Assembly (NCBI GenBank): GCA_044892525.1
Contig: CM097885.1
Location: forward strand, 44,022,001-44,086,000
From: Schmidtea polychroa
Taxonomy: Eukaryota
Length of the DNA: 64,000 nucleotides
Reading direction: 5' to 3'
Shown here: positions 51,774-62,839 of the stretch, piece by piece
Layout: each line of letters starts with the position of its first letter
Numbering within the stretch: position 1 is the stretch's first letter
The notes under the pieces: generated by a model
What the model saw: the letters and a program-made list of their open reading frames with translations, nothing else
What the model was told of the DNA's origin: nothing
Database searches by the model: none
Position numbers and translations under genes: made by a program

Positions 51774-54426
51774 CAGGGCTGGCAAAAGCGTCGACCGCGG
51801 TCGACTGGTCGACCGCGTAGCTATCGAAAGTAGCCCGCTAGCACTATGGAAAATTGCATATAAAAATCAGTTTTTTATTTATTGAATTTCTAACTTTATA
51901 AACATATTTAAAATAAGTTTCGATTCATATGACAAAAAAATTCCAATAAGAAACATAATATTAGTCAGATAACACTCAGAGTGTAGTAAATTTTTAGTTT
52001 GAAATTCAAATATATACAGTTAGCTAATAATCAGAATAAATTTCATGTGTTTGAACAAGTAGGCCATAAAATAAAAGCAAAACATTGACGCTACAATCTT
52101 CGATAAGGAATAAAAAAATAAAAAACAACCAAAATAAAATACAACAAACGTGTGTTTGTCTATTTCAATTTTGAAATCAAATTGTTTTCGTTAGAAAAAT
52201 TTGAAAGCTTGAAGTATTCAGTATTGAATAATACCTGCTTATAATATTAATTTCAAAATTTTTTTATTAAAAAAAATTCTTTATAAAAGTTAACATTTTT
52301 AATTTTTGAGTATGTAAGTGTGTTTAACATTAATTTTCATATTAAATTTATTTTAGCTTTTATTATTTTCTTGTTTTAGCCCCAATGACACAACCGGCCA
52401 AAAAAACTAAAACGTACCATTATAATACTGAATGGGAACAGGAATTTTTTTTCATAATGATGAAAGATAAGTGTGTTTGTCTCATTTGTAATTCAAACGT
52501 AGCACTACCTAAAAGAGCTAACGTTGAACGACATTTTCGAACAGTGCACAAACAGTATGAAATTGACTTTCCATTACATTCCGAGGTACGAAAAGACAAA
52601 GTCAAGCAGTTAAAGTCTCAATTAGGTGCACAACAAACTTTTTTTACGAAATTTAACTCAAAATCAAAAACAGCTACCCTAGCATCATTCAAGGTAGTTA
52701 ATATTTTGATGAAACATAAAAAACCTTTTGGAGATGGCGAAATATGGAAACAGGCGTTTGTTGAAGCTGGTGAGGTGTTATTCAAAGATTTTAAAAATAA
52801 ATCCGAAATAATGGATTGTATCAACAATATGTCATTGACGCGCAATACTAGCACGCAAAGAATGGTGGACATTAGCAAAAACTTGGAAGATATTTTGCGG
52901 CAAGATATTCGAAAATGCCGCTTTTTCTCTTTGCAATTTGATGAATCTACAGATTTCACTGATACTGCGCAACTATGCATCTTCATTCGAATGGTTTTTG
53001 ATGATATGTCAACCAGAGAAGAATTATTGACTATTCTTCCAATGAAAGGACAAACAAGGGGTCAAGATATTTACAATTTATTCAAGTCTTTTATAAGTCG
53101 CACCCATTTCCCGATTCACAAGTTGGTATCAATTACACGGATGGAGCTCCGTCTATGATCGGAAAACATGTCGGATTTGTAACACTTTGCAAAAATGATG
53201 AAGAAATTCCCAGTTTTCATTCGTATCATTGCATTATCCACCAGCAAACCTTATGCTCCAAAGTGTTGAACTCTAACTATGTAATGAATATTGCGTTTAA
53301 AATAGTAAATTCGATACGTGCAAGAAGTCTACAACGACGTCAATTTCGAACTTTGCTTGAACAATGTGAAATTGAAAATACTGAATTATTGTTACACACG
53401 GATGTAAGATGGCTTAGCCGTGCAGCATTTTTAAAACGATTTAGAGATCTTTTGCCCGGAATAAAACAGTTTTTGACTGGAAGAGAAGAATTATATCCCG
53501 AACTGGAGGATAAAAGTTGGCTGATAAATCTTGCTTTTCTTTGCGACATTACAGAGCACCTGAATAAATTAAATTTACAGCTTCAGGGGAGACACAAATC
53601 AATTCTTGACATGATAACGGCAGTAAAGACGTTTAAAGAGAAACTGTCCTTGTTTGTGCGTCAACTAGAACGGGGTGATTTGAAACATTTTAAAAACATG
53701 GAAGAAGAATCCAAAAATGCGCCAAGAATTCTTTACGATAAATATACAAATCAAATTACTACCCTTTTAAATGAATTTAACACACGTTTCGCAGATTTAT
53801 CTAAAATTGCAAATATTGCTATGTTCATGTCATTCCCGTTTAATGATGTTATTGATACAGAGGAGATCGCTACTCAGATTAATGAATTTCTGGATTCAGA
53901 TTCAGCTTGCTTAGAAGATGAGATAATAGCGTTGAAAAGCGATATTTACTTAAAATCAAGAGCTACAACCGAAGATAATTTTTGGAATCTTATTTCAGAA
54001 GAAAAATATCCAATTTTGCGGAGAGTAGTTGGATATATGTCCGCATTTTTTGGATCCACCTATCTTTGTGAATCAGCCTTTTCTTCAATGAATGTCATTA
54101 AAACAAAACATCGATCTTGTTTGACAGATGATCATTTGGAATCATGCTTGCGGATCGCCATAAGCTCCTATTGCCCGAAATACGAAGAACTTGCTGATAA
54201 GATGCAGTGCCACGTATCAGGTGCAAGTAGTAGCAGTAAATAATATTATATTAAGATATTTTTACGTTCTAGTAAAGTATTATAACTTTTTTTCTAATTC
54301 GTTTTGTATTTAAATAGAATAAATAGAATAACTACAGGTAACAATTGAAAATAGTTTTTCTGGTAGACCGCCAGATTTAATTTAGTTAAAAGTCGCCCGC
54401 AAGACTTGAAAGTTTTGCCACCCCTG
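51774..54426 (+). mobile_element. Near-intact hAT transposon (GTF2IRD2/SPIN-like) inserted in the ubiquitin domain
   Basis: TIRs CAGGGCTGGCAAAA / TTTTGCCACCCCTG; perfect 8-bp TSD CTATAATC. Confidence 0.95.
52385..54243 (+). pseudogene. hAT transposase with a single frameshift at ~53135
   Basis: CVCLIC..RHF, SLQFDESTD, (T)DGAPSM split by a 1-nt loss, HCIIHQ, VRWLSR, FGSTYLCESAFS. Confidence 0.92.
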
Positions 54427-54635
54427 CTATAATCGTTCAATCTTCTTTTATTTTCTAACTGCTTTCCTGCGTATACTAACATTTGATAATTTTCCGGAAT
54501 TCCTTCTTTGTCCTGGATATTTCCTTTTACCTTTTCAATGGTGTCGTTCCATTCAACGTTAAGAGTAATTGTCTTACCAGTAAGAGTTTTGACAAATATT
54601 TGATTTATACTTTCCCATCGCAATTCAAAACCCAT
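54427..54635 (-). CDS. Ubiquitin domain N-terminal part (continues at 51765 after hAT removal)
   Basis: [58 protein letters not shown]. Confidence 0.92.
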
Positions 54636-54876
54636 TACCCCGCTCGCCCTCACCCTTGACTCAGCTCTGTTCTTTACCCTGTTCCCCTGGCTTCCCCCTT
54701 CAAAAGAGTGCTGGGGCCCATAGCAGCACTTTCCCACGCTCGGTAGGGAAGGGAGGATGATTAATTTTACAAAAATATTAGTAAACATATAATACGCATA
54801 ATATACACATAATATACATAAACACAAAAAAGACATTTTATAATCATTAATTACCTTGTTCCGGCTGGCTAGCCGG

Positions 54877-54894
54877 AACCACGCTCTGCTACCA
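54877..54894 (-). promoter_or_regulatory. Primer binding site, initiator tRNA-Met
   Basis: Minus strand TGGTAGCAGAGCGTGGTT directly after the LTR end ...GAACA; matches the tRNAiMet 3' end ...CTCTGCTACCA. Confidence 0.9.
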
Positions 54895-55245
54895 TGTTCA
54901 TTTTTAAATTCAAAATAAAGCATAATCATTTTATTTCTGAATAATAACCATTTGTCCATTTCAATACTATAGGATAAAGCCATCATTGAACAACCTAATG
55001 GTCGCATCTCAGTTGATTGGGTAGAAAACTGCTTAATATCCGCAACAGAACGACTTATTATGTCGCAAGGCATTTCATATCCATGTTTATATCTAAATCG
55101 AGCTGCTTCCATTTGTGCCCGACATACTTGAGATCGATAATCAGGGATCATACCAGTCATAACACCTCCAGTACTTTCAGTAATATTAAACAATCTTGTA
55201 GCTGAACTCTTCTCAATCATTTTATCTGGAACCTGTTTTGTGTAG
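54895..55245 (-). repeat. Truncated 5' LTR containing the second PSMA6 fragment copy
   Basis: Direct repeat of 48667-~49003, nearly identical over the PSMA6 core. Confidence 0.9.
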
Positions 55246-57430
55246 AGAATTGAACTGCTTTTCCAAACCTTCTGCTTCAATTCTAGTGGAACATTAAATC
55301 TGCAAATATATCATTAAGAGCATGCTTAAAATATTCATATCCGAGAACTAAAGCATGAACGGATTCAGCACGTGCTGACCATCGAGTGCTGCTCAGTGAT
55401 TTTGGCATCTTATATTTCACAGATAAGCGACGTTTCAATATTTCCCAACGGCCAGTTGAAGCAGCGAAAAAAATATATATACTCTGAACGAAAAAAAATA
55501 ACTTCGTGGCTTCCAAACAACTTTCTGCAGCACACTAACCTATTAAATTCAGGGAATGGGGTGCACATGGTACATAAATAGCCAAATTATTTTTTAACTT
55601 TATTCGTGCCTGAAGTACGCTATAAATTCCTGACAAATTAGAGGCATTATCATAAGATTGCCCCCTACAATCTTCTAAATCAATTCCGTATTTTTCTAAG
55701 AGTCCTATTACGCATTTTCCCATTTCTTCACTTTTATGACCGACATTTTCAATAAAATTTAAAAATCTCTCTTCAGCAGTTCCCGCAGTGTTCACATATC
55801 TAACAACAATTGTGAGCTGATCTAAGTGTGAAATATCGGGTGTTGAGTCAATTATGATAGAAAAATATTTGGCTTCCTTTAATTTTGCAATAATAGAGCT
55901 TCGAACATTGTTACCTAGAATTTCAATAAATTCATCACAAATTACTGATGACAAATATGATACTGTCCCTTTTCCTTTATTTGAAAAATCCAGTAAATGT
56001 TGCTGTAACAGTGGATCGAATTTTGCTAGTAACTGTATACATCCCAAATAATTTCCATTACTTTTATTGCCAATAATTTCATTGCTGCCCCGAAAAGCCA
56101 ATCCTCTCGAAGACAAAAAAATAATTACTTCAACAATTCGCTCTAAAATACTTTTACAATAATTTATATTTTTGGTCGTCTCTATTATGGAAATATTTTT
56201 AAAATAGTCTCGTTGACCATTTACTCGATTTATATATATTCGCGTATTTTTTTGATGTTGAGCAGAGTTTTCATGTTGTGTAATCATTTCGACATGTTTC
56301 CAATCATTAAATCCATTAATAAAATTATTACTAGGTGATGTTTCAAATAATTTGCAAGGGCAACAAAACACTTTTCCAACTAATTGCGAATATAAAAGCC
56401 AGTTACGTTTTTCTCTTTTCCCACTCAATAAAATTCTATAAAATATTGACGCAGTAGCGAATCTATTTTGAGCTTTATATGTAATTTTTGATGAACTGAA
56501 ATCTATTTTCTGAAAATCTACTTGAATTTCTGTTATATTTTGTATAATAAGATTGATTTTGTCATCGTTTAATTCCCCCCATTTTGCAACATCACGATAG
56601 TCAAAATTATCATTTCCAATCACTAGTTCCGTTTTAATTCCTTTTCAACATTTTCTTTTTCTTTATCCACAATCAATTCCAGTTCAGACAGTTCTAAATG
56701 CTGTGGGATTACTTCAATTCCTTGTACTTCCTCCGTTTCTTTATTTATATTCAAATCATACGATTCGCCAGTTGAATTATATTTTGTTTGAAAATAGTTT
56801 TTCAAAGATGGAATTTTTGTCAATAATAAATTATCTTTAGCTTTTTTTTCTTCGGCTAACTTACGATTTTCATACCCAGACAGTTTTTTCCTTTGCGGAT
56901 TCATTTTTACGGTAATATCTAGAACATAATACTATTAATAAATATCAATTACTTAATTCATTTTTAATAGTACACTTTATGGAATAAAATAGCTTTCACT
57001 TACATTGAAACACAATTTATATTTGGTACGTTTTAAAATCCTTATACTTCTATAACTGACAAGCAATTAATTTTATTTTTAAATTGGTTTTAAATGTGAT
57101 TAAATAATTATGTATAAAGTATTTTTTTTCTTTGGTAATTTTTATAAGAATTTTAATAAAAGTTTGTGATACTTTAAAATGTAATCAAAGTCGAATTTAA
57201 TCTTTATAGAAGTTAGGTCATTAGCATACATGGTTTATATGGATGAGAAAAAATATAACATTGAACACATTACTAACTTAAATCACAGATACGCTAAATA
57301 TAAAGAAAATTACTTTTTTTTAAATTAAAAAAAGCAATTAAATTTCATCATCTTGTTTTCTTAGCGCCCTCGGATCGATGGCGCCCCTGGGCTGTAGCCC
57401 AATTAGCCCTATATGGTTAATGGGGCCATG
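55246..57430 (-). mobile_element. hAT (ZMYM1/DUF4371, Tip100-like) transposon, 3'-truncated; transposase 56904-55246 with stops
   Basis: WLLYS..VFCCPCKLF, GFNDWK, HENSAQH, GLAFRG, FSIIIDSTPDISH, RGQSYDNASN, TRWS; probable left end CATGGCCCCATTAACC at 57430. Confidence 0.88.
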
Positions 57431-58274
57431 ACCTAAATGGATATAATTTACAACATAAACATTTATTACAATAGTTATTAATGAAGTAAAAAGTTGAACA
57501 TAATTAAGGAAAAATTTCAATTTCATTTTGGTTGCAAATTTCCCAATTAATATTCAATTGTTCCCATTGAAAATATTAAACTACCAAATTAACAAAAAAA
57601 TAAAAGCTTTTAAGTTTCATTAATTAAATTAAGAAAAAAACAATGAGAAAATAAATAGAATCATAAAATAAATTTTATTTTTATTACGAATATTTAGAAA
57701 AAAAAGATCACTGAAAATTTTTAAAAATATATTTTTAATGAAATTTTCAAGAGCAGACGAATTTGGTTCAATGTCTTTTCAATCCAGATTTGCTTTCCTG
57801 AAAGAAGCCCCTCTTATAGAGATCAGAAAAAAATAACAAAAATTAAAAAAATTATTTTATTTATACTAGAAGATTTTTCCCAAAATGTTTTAAAAATATA
57901 TTTATATTTTCAGTGATTGATTTATTTAATTAATTATAATTAAAAATATATCTGACTCACATTTTTTCGAAATAATTCCAAAATACTTAAAAATAAATGT
58001 CATAAAATTCCTAAAATCACCCTGAAAATTAATTTAAAATAATTTATAATTATACTGTTGACTAAAAGTAAAATTTAAGAACTTGAATAATAATATCATA
58101 TCTATATGGATCAAAATTCAAGGCTTAAAAATTACTTAAAATTAAATATCTTACCTGAAAGCCATTTCTAAAATGGCTCAAATAAATTTCCAAAATACAT
58201 TCATTATTGAATAAATAGTTAAACATACATGGCAATGATTTAATTATAAGATAACGCCAATCAAACATTCTTTT

Positions 58275-58313
58275 CACGATATATTTCGACAGTTTTCTTG
58301 TCATCATCAGGTG
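58275..58313 (-). ncRNA. Minimal type I hammerhead ribozyme (inverted pLTR copy)
   Basis: Minus strand CAC-CTGATGA-T-GACAAGAAAACTGTC-GAAA-TATA-TC-GTG. Confidence 0.75.
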
Positions 58314-58569
58314 GGATATAATAACTCATTAAATTAAGGATTTTAAACAAATTTATTAATTATATATAAAAAATATTTTTTATTTTATAAAAACATTTAA
58401 TTATTTTTAAAAAAATTATACTTAAATTGAAATTAAAACTAAAAATTAAAATGTTAATAGTTTTAATAACTGAATTTACTTTTTTTAAAAATTTTAGCAT
58501 TTAAAATTTAATTTAATAATTTAAAAATTTTTTATTAATTATTTAATTTAATACAACAATCATACAATA

Positions 58570-59463
58570 TTGTTTTCTTTGGATCTGTTAATACAACGCA
58601 AAGAGAAACACTATGAGACAGAGATTTATAGAAAACCAACTGATACTGGTCTCTATACTTCTTCCGAAAGTTTTTGTGAATTCAAGTATAAAAGAAATAT
58701 GGCGAAGGGGTTGATTTATCGTGCATGGTCTTTGTCTTCTACTTTTAAAAATTCAGTAAAAAGTGTTGACATATTGGTTGAATTGTTAATGAAGAACGGT
58801 TATTCAAAATCCTTTTTAGTAATTATGGTGAAAGAGACTGTTGACAAATTTATTAAAAATCCTAAGTATCCATGTTTAAGAAAATCTGGGTGTGATCTTG
58901 TTGAGATGTGTGAGTCTGATGAGTTAAAATCTGGGTGTGATCTTGTTGAGGTGTGTGAGTCTGATGAGTTAAATAAATTAAATAGTGTGAGCAAGGATGA
59001 TGAGCCTAAATTTGTATTAGTATTGCCGTACTCAGAAGGTTTTAAGGATTATAAAGTGAAGATAAGAAAGCAGTTAGGGAATTTAAACTATAGGATAGTG
59101 TCAACTTCATGGAAAGTACGCAATATGTTTATTAATAAGTCAAAAACTCCGGTTGAATTGTGTTCCGATCTCGTTTATCAGTTTACATGTAATGGGTGTA
59201 ATGCCACATACATTGGAGAGACTTCCCGTCATTTCTGTATTCGAGCTCGAGAACATTGTAGACCGAAGGCTTTGACACATATTGGTGAGCACAATAAGGG
59301 GTGTAAGATTAAAATAGGTATGTCTGACTTTAAAATTTTATTAAAAAATTTCGATAATTATTGGGAACGTGTGATTCGTGAGGCGTTGTTGATAAAATCA
59401 TTGAATCCGAAAATTAATGTACAGAATGCAGTAAATACTTGTATTTTGAGTGTTTTTAAATAA
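58570..59463 (+). CDS. Penelope-like RT C-terminus + GIY-YIG endonuclease (partial), with an in-frame 45-bp duplication
   Basis: FSLDLLI..IYRKPTDTGLY, LMKNGYS, LVYQFTCNGCNATYIGETSRH..R..EH, REALLIKSLNPKINVQ. Confidence 0.9.
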   Translation: MFSLDLLIQRKEKHYETEIYRKPTDTGLYTSSESFCEFKYKRNMAKGLIYRAWSLSSTFKNSVKSVDILVELLMKNGYSKSFLVIMVKETVDKFIKNPKYPCLRKSGCDLVEMCESDELKSGCDLVEVCESDELNKLNSVSKDDEPKFVLVLPYSEGFKDYKVKIRKQLGNLNYRIVSTSWKVRNMFINKSKTPVELCSDLVYQFTCNGCNATYIGETSRHFCIRAREHCRPKALTHIGEHNKGCKIKIGMSDFKILLKNFDNYWERVIREALLIKSLNPKINVQNAVNTCILSVFK

Positions 59464-59688
59464 GTTTTTAAATAGGTTTTTTTATATTGTATGTATTGAT
59501 TGTTGTATTAAATTAAATAATTAATAAAATTTTTTTAAATTATTAAATTAAATTTTAAATGCTAAAATTTAATAAAAATAATATATTAATTCAAGTATAT
59601 TTTTTTTAAAATAAAAAAATAAAAAAATTTTTTTATATATAATTAATAAATTTGTTTAAAATCCTTAATTTAATGAGTTATTATATCC

Positions 59689-59727
59689 CACCTGATGATG
59701 ACAGGAAAACTGTCGAAATATATCGTG
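59689..59727 (+). ncRNA. Minimal type I hammerhead ribozyme in PLE pseudo-LTR
   Basis: CAC-CTGATGA-T-GACAG/GAAAA/CTGTC-GAAA-TATA-TC-GTG: intact core, 5-bp stem II, palindromic short stem III, CAC/GTG stem I. Confidence 0.85.
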
Positions 59728-59983
59728 AAAAGAATGTTTGATTGGCGTTATCTTATAACATTCATTATTGTAAGCAATTCAGTAAATGATAAATGTAAAT
59801 TGATAAAGATGATTAATTTGTAATTTTATCATTGTAATTGGTGAGTGAATAGCTTTACACACTAACCACCACTATAGAGAACGTATCTCAGTGGTGTTTG
59901 GTGTAGAAGATTCAATTGGATATGGTCAAACATGTTGCACCCTGCAATATACCAGAACTAACTATACATTAGAACCGTTCGTA

Positions 59984-60979
59984 TACACCTAATTCCGAAA
60001 GTTAACATTGTCTATAATATACGTTTGTGTGTACACCAGTTGAGGTGAGTCACCATTTATATGACAATGTTAACTTAATTTCATTTTTTCAATTTTTCAA
60101 AAATCGTTTTAAGGTAAGTTTTTGAATTTTAAGTAACTTTTAAGACTTGAATTTTGATTTTATATAATTATGAGATCATTATTCAATTTCTTAAATATTA
60201 CTGTTAGTCAGCATTTATAATATAACATTGATAATTAAATTTCAGGTGTTTTTAGGAATTTTATGATATTTTATGCATTTATCTGGAATTATTTCGTTAA
60301 AATGTAAGTTAGATATTTTTATAATTATAAATAAATAAAGGAAAATTCGCATTTCTTCTAAAGTTGCATAAAAATTGGCTTCGACAAAATCCAACAAATT
60401 ATTTCCATGTTCTTCTGAAATAATTTGTTTTCTGCCACTTCTTTTTCCTTTTGTAATTTTTGCATATTTTTTATATTTGTAAATTATTGAAATAATGGAA
60501 TTTTTGGGGATTCCGAGTAATCTTTCAAATTCTTTATAATTTTCCCCATTTTCAAATGCATTAATAAGCCGAATTTTGTCATTTTCTGTAATTCTATGAA
60601 AATATTAATTTGTTAAAGTAATTTATTAAAATTTACGATTTGCGATTTTTTTCCGAAAATTCAAAGTTGTCGAAGGACCTTCTTCAATATTTTGTGCATA
60701 ACTTTTTAAATAATTTGAAAATATCAATATGTTAATTATATGCTAATCAATGTTAATTTCGGGAAAAAACACTACATTAGTTTTGCATGTATTTTTCATT
60801 ATGTGTGCTGTGTTTGTATGCTTAATTATTTTTCTATCACTTTTTAGATTCCTATAATAAATATGTTAACTTTCGAAGCATTAAACATTTACACACAGGT
60901 AAGTTTGTGTGTTCCTATAATATAAATTTATTGATTTTTTAAAGATTATATGCTATGTTCACTTTCGGAATTAGGTATA
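59984..60979. mobile_element. ~1-kb non-autonomous TIR element, TA-flanked (Tc1/mariner-like)
   Basis: TA|TACACCTAATTCCGAAAGTTAACAT ... ATGTTCACTTTCGGAATTAGGTATA|TA. Confidence 0.75.
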
Positions 60980-61913
60980 TACAGAGTTGTTTAAAAATAC
61001 TGCTTTTTAACAAGTGGACAAAATTTAAAAATCACTCCCACACGTACAAATACGTATCTTATATAATAAAAGTACAAAGAACTTGTAAGGATATCCATTA
61101 ATATAAAATTCAATTAAAACTATTAACATTTATTATATAATATTAGTAATTTGTTTAACATTTGATTATTTGATTCCCCTAGTTACTAGGGCCTAGTAAG
61201 ACGCCTCTGTCTACTATGTTCTAAAAAGTTCTAAATGTCATTTTATTAACGGTAGAAGCGAGGATGGAATTTTTTAAATGTACAGCTTTTGATATATTCA
61301 ACAATAAATATAATCGACATTGTACTTAAATAGACACAAATGACAGTTTTGGCAAATTATATTTTCGAAGTAACTTCATTCCACTATAGGCAATAAAATT
61401 AGATCAAATAAATGTATTATTGATGGCACCCAGAATTAATTTGAAACAATAAAGGAGCACGAAAATAAATTCAAAGAATTATTGAATTTTGAAATTGAGA
61501 GTCAATTTAATTTTCTTTAAGAATGATGAACGATGCAAGAAATTTGTTAGTATTTTTGGAGTATTGTTCATTTGTAAATTATCTTAATGGATTATTTTAG
61601 ATTAACGTGCAATCTTCCAGTTAGCTATTTGACAAACGATTGTTAAAAGACTGACTATTATAGGATTTTAAATGTTGTTATGTGAGGAGAGTTGGCAGAG
61701 CCCGGCAGAGTCTCCAGTAAAAAGCCGGGGTGGATGTATGTAAATTAATAACTAATGTGCGACTACGTTAACAATATTTATATTTCTATCAACAAAAACA
61801 ATATATACTTTTTAGTTCAATTGTCTAAATTACCGTTAATGGTTATTCACTTGGGAACCTTTTTTAAGAACTTTTTTTCCAATTTCACCACTGATTATTT
61901 TTTCCATTGAATT

Positions 61914-62051
61914 TATTAAAAAGAGAGATTTTAGACTATAAATCAGTAATATATCGATGTTTTTTGATACTCAAGAATTTTCGAAAATTCGTGAGTATCA
62001 AAAAACATCGATGTATTACTGATTTATAGTCTTCAAGCTCTCTTTTTAATA
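61914..62051. repeat. 138-bp near-perfect palindrome made of PLE terminal sequence
   Basis: Arms are reverse complements around TTC|GAA (61982/61983); arm matches 25240-25310. Confidence 0.85.
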
Positions 62052-62839
62052 TATATATTTTTAGAGTTTGTAAAGATATAGATTATAAGTGGATAATAAT
62101 TGTCATTCTATAAATGAACGGTTTAGTGGAATGGCCAATACTAATTTCTGTTAATGGATATATACTTTGAGTTTGTAGGACCCGGGCGGACTCGTGGTAA
62201 TATAAGAATTCGAAATATAGTAGCAATTTATATTCCAAATATATTTATTGATTAATCTTGGTTGTATTTTCTGCCATGTTTTTCTTTTGATCAGTTATAG
62301 TTTTAATCTTGGTTGTCTAGCTAATTTCTTTTTAAATAATTTTTTATCGATCTTTTTGGTTTTGTAATTTTTTCAATTTTACTATAGCAATTTTACTATA
62401 GCAAATTATCGCTATATAGTTTTTTTTTAAATTTTATTTCATCGACGCTACGGAAACAAAAACGATCGTTAAAAATCCTAATTGTGGTTTCGTTGAAAAT
62501 AATAATAACAATAAAAAATATAACACCCTACTACGTTGACTACCAAATCACTCTTTCAAAATTTATATTATCATGTCACGACCACAGTGTCCGGGAAAAC
62601 CAGAGCTCTGAAAACCTTTATAAGAGAAAGAAATTCAGACAATGAAAGAAATATTACAGCAGAAAGTCCTTGGAGTTCAAATCCCAACAACGTCTGGTCG
62701 ACGTCTTCTTAGCGCCAAGAATAATATGACAGGTGTTGGTAGAAACTATCTTACCATCAAGAATAATGTGACGTTTCAAGGTAGGGGACTTCTGGCACTT
62801 AGAAAGAGTTGGAGCTAGTGTCCCAACTTCATTTTTGCA

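Larger units (their letters stand above)
48667..55245 (-). mobile_element. BEL/Pao LTR retroelement with PSMA6-containing LTRs and ubiquitin-Gag fusion; pol largely missing; interrupted by a hAT
   Basis: 3' LTR 48667-49322 (TG..CA, PPT GAGGGGAGGA), truncated 5' LTR 54895-55245, iMet PBS, DUF1759-type gag, Pao-type triple Cys/His knuckles. Confidence 0.88.
58246..59757 (+). mobile_element. 5'-truncated Penelope-like element with inverted 5' pseudo-LTR (58246-58570) and 3' pseudo-LTR (~59485-59757)
   Basis: ORF with RT thumb and GIY-YIG; flanks are reverse complements of each other. Confidence 0.9.

Noticed and set aside
54294..55280. 328-aa ORF as a host proteasome or ubiquitin gene
   Set aside because: Composite: first ~14 codons come from the adjacent ZMYM1-type hAT, the middle from LTR/leader/ubiquitin, and the last ~44 codons from the inserted hAT end; PSMA6 lacks both termini
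58884..58973. Repeated CTGATGAG as tandem hammerhead cores
   Set aside because: Part of an in-frame 45-bp coding duplication; no stem II/GAAA arrangement
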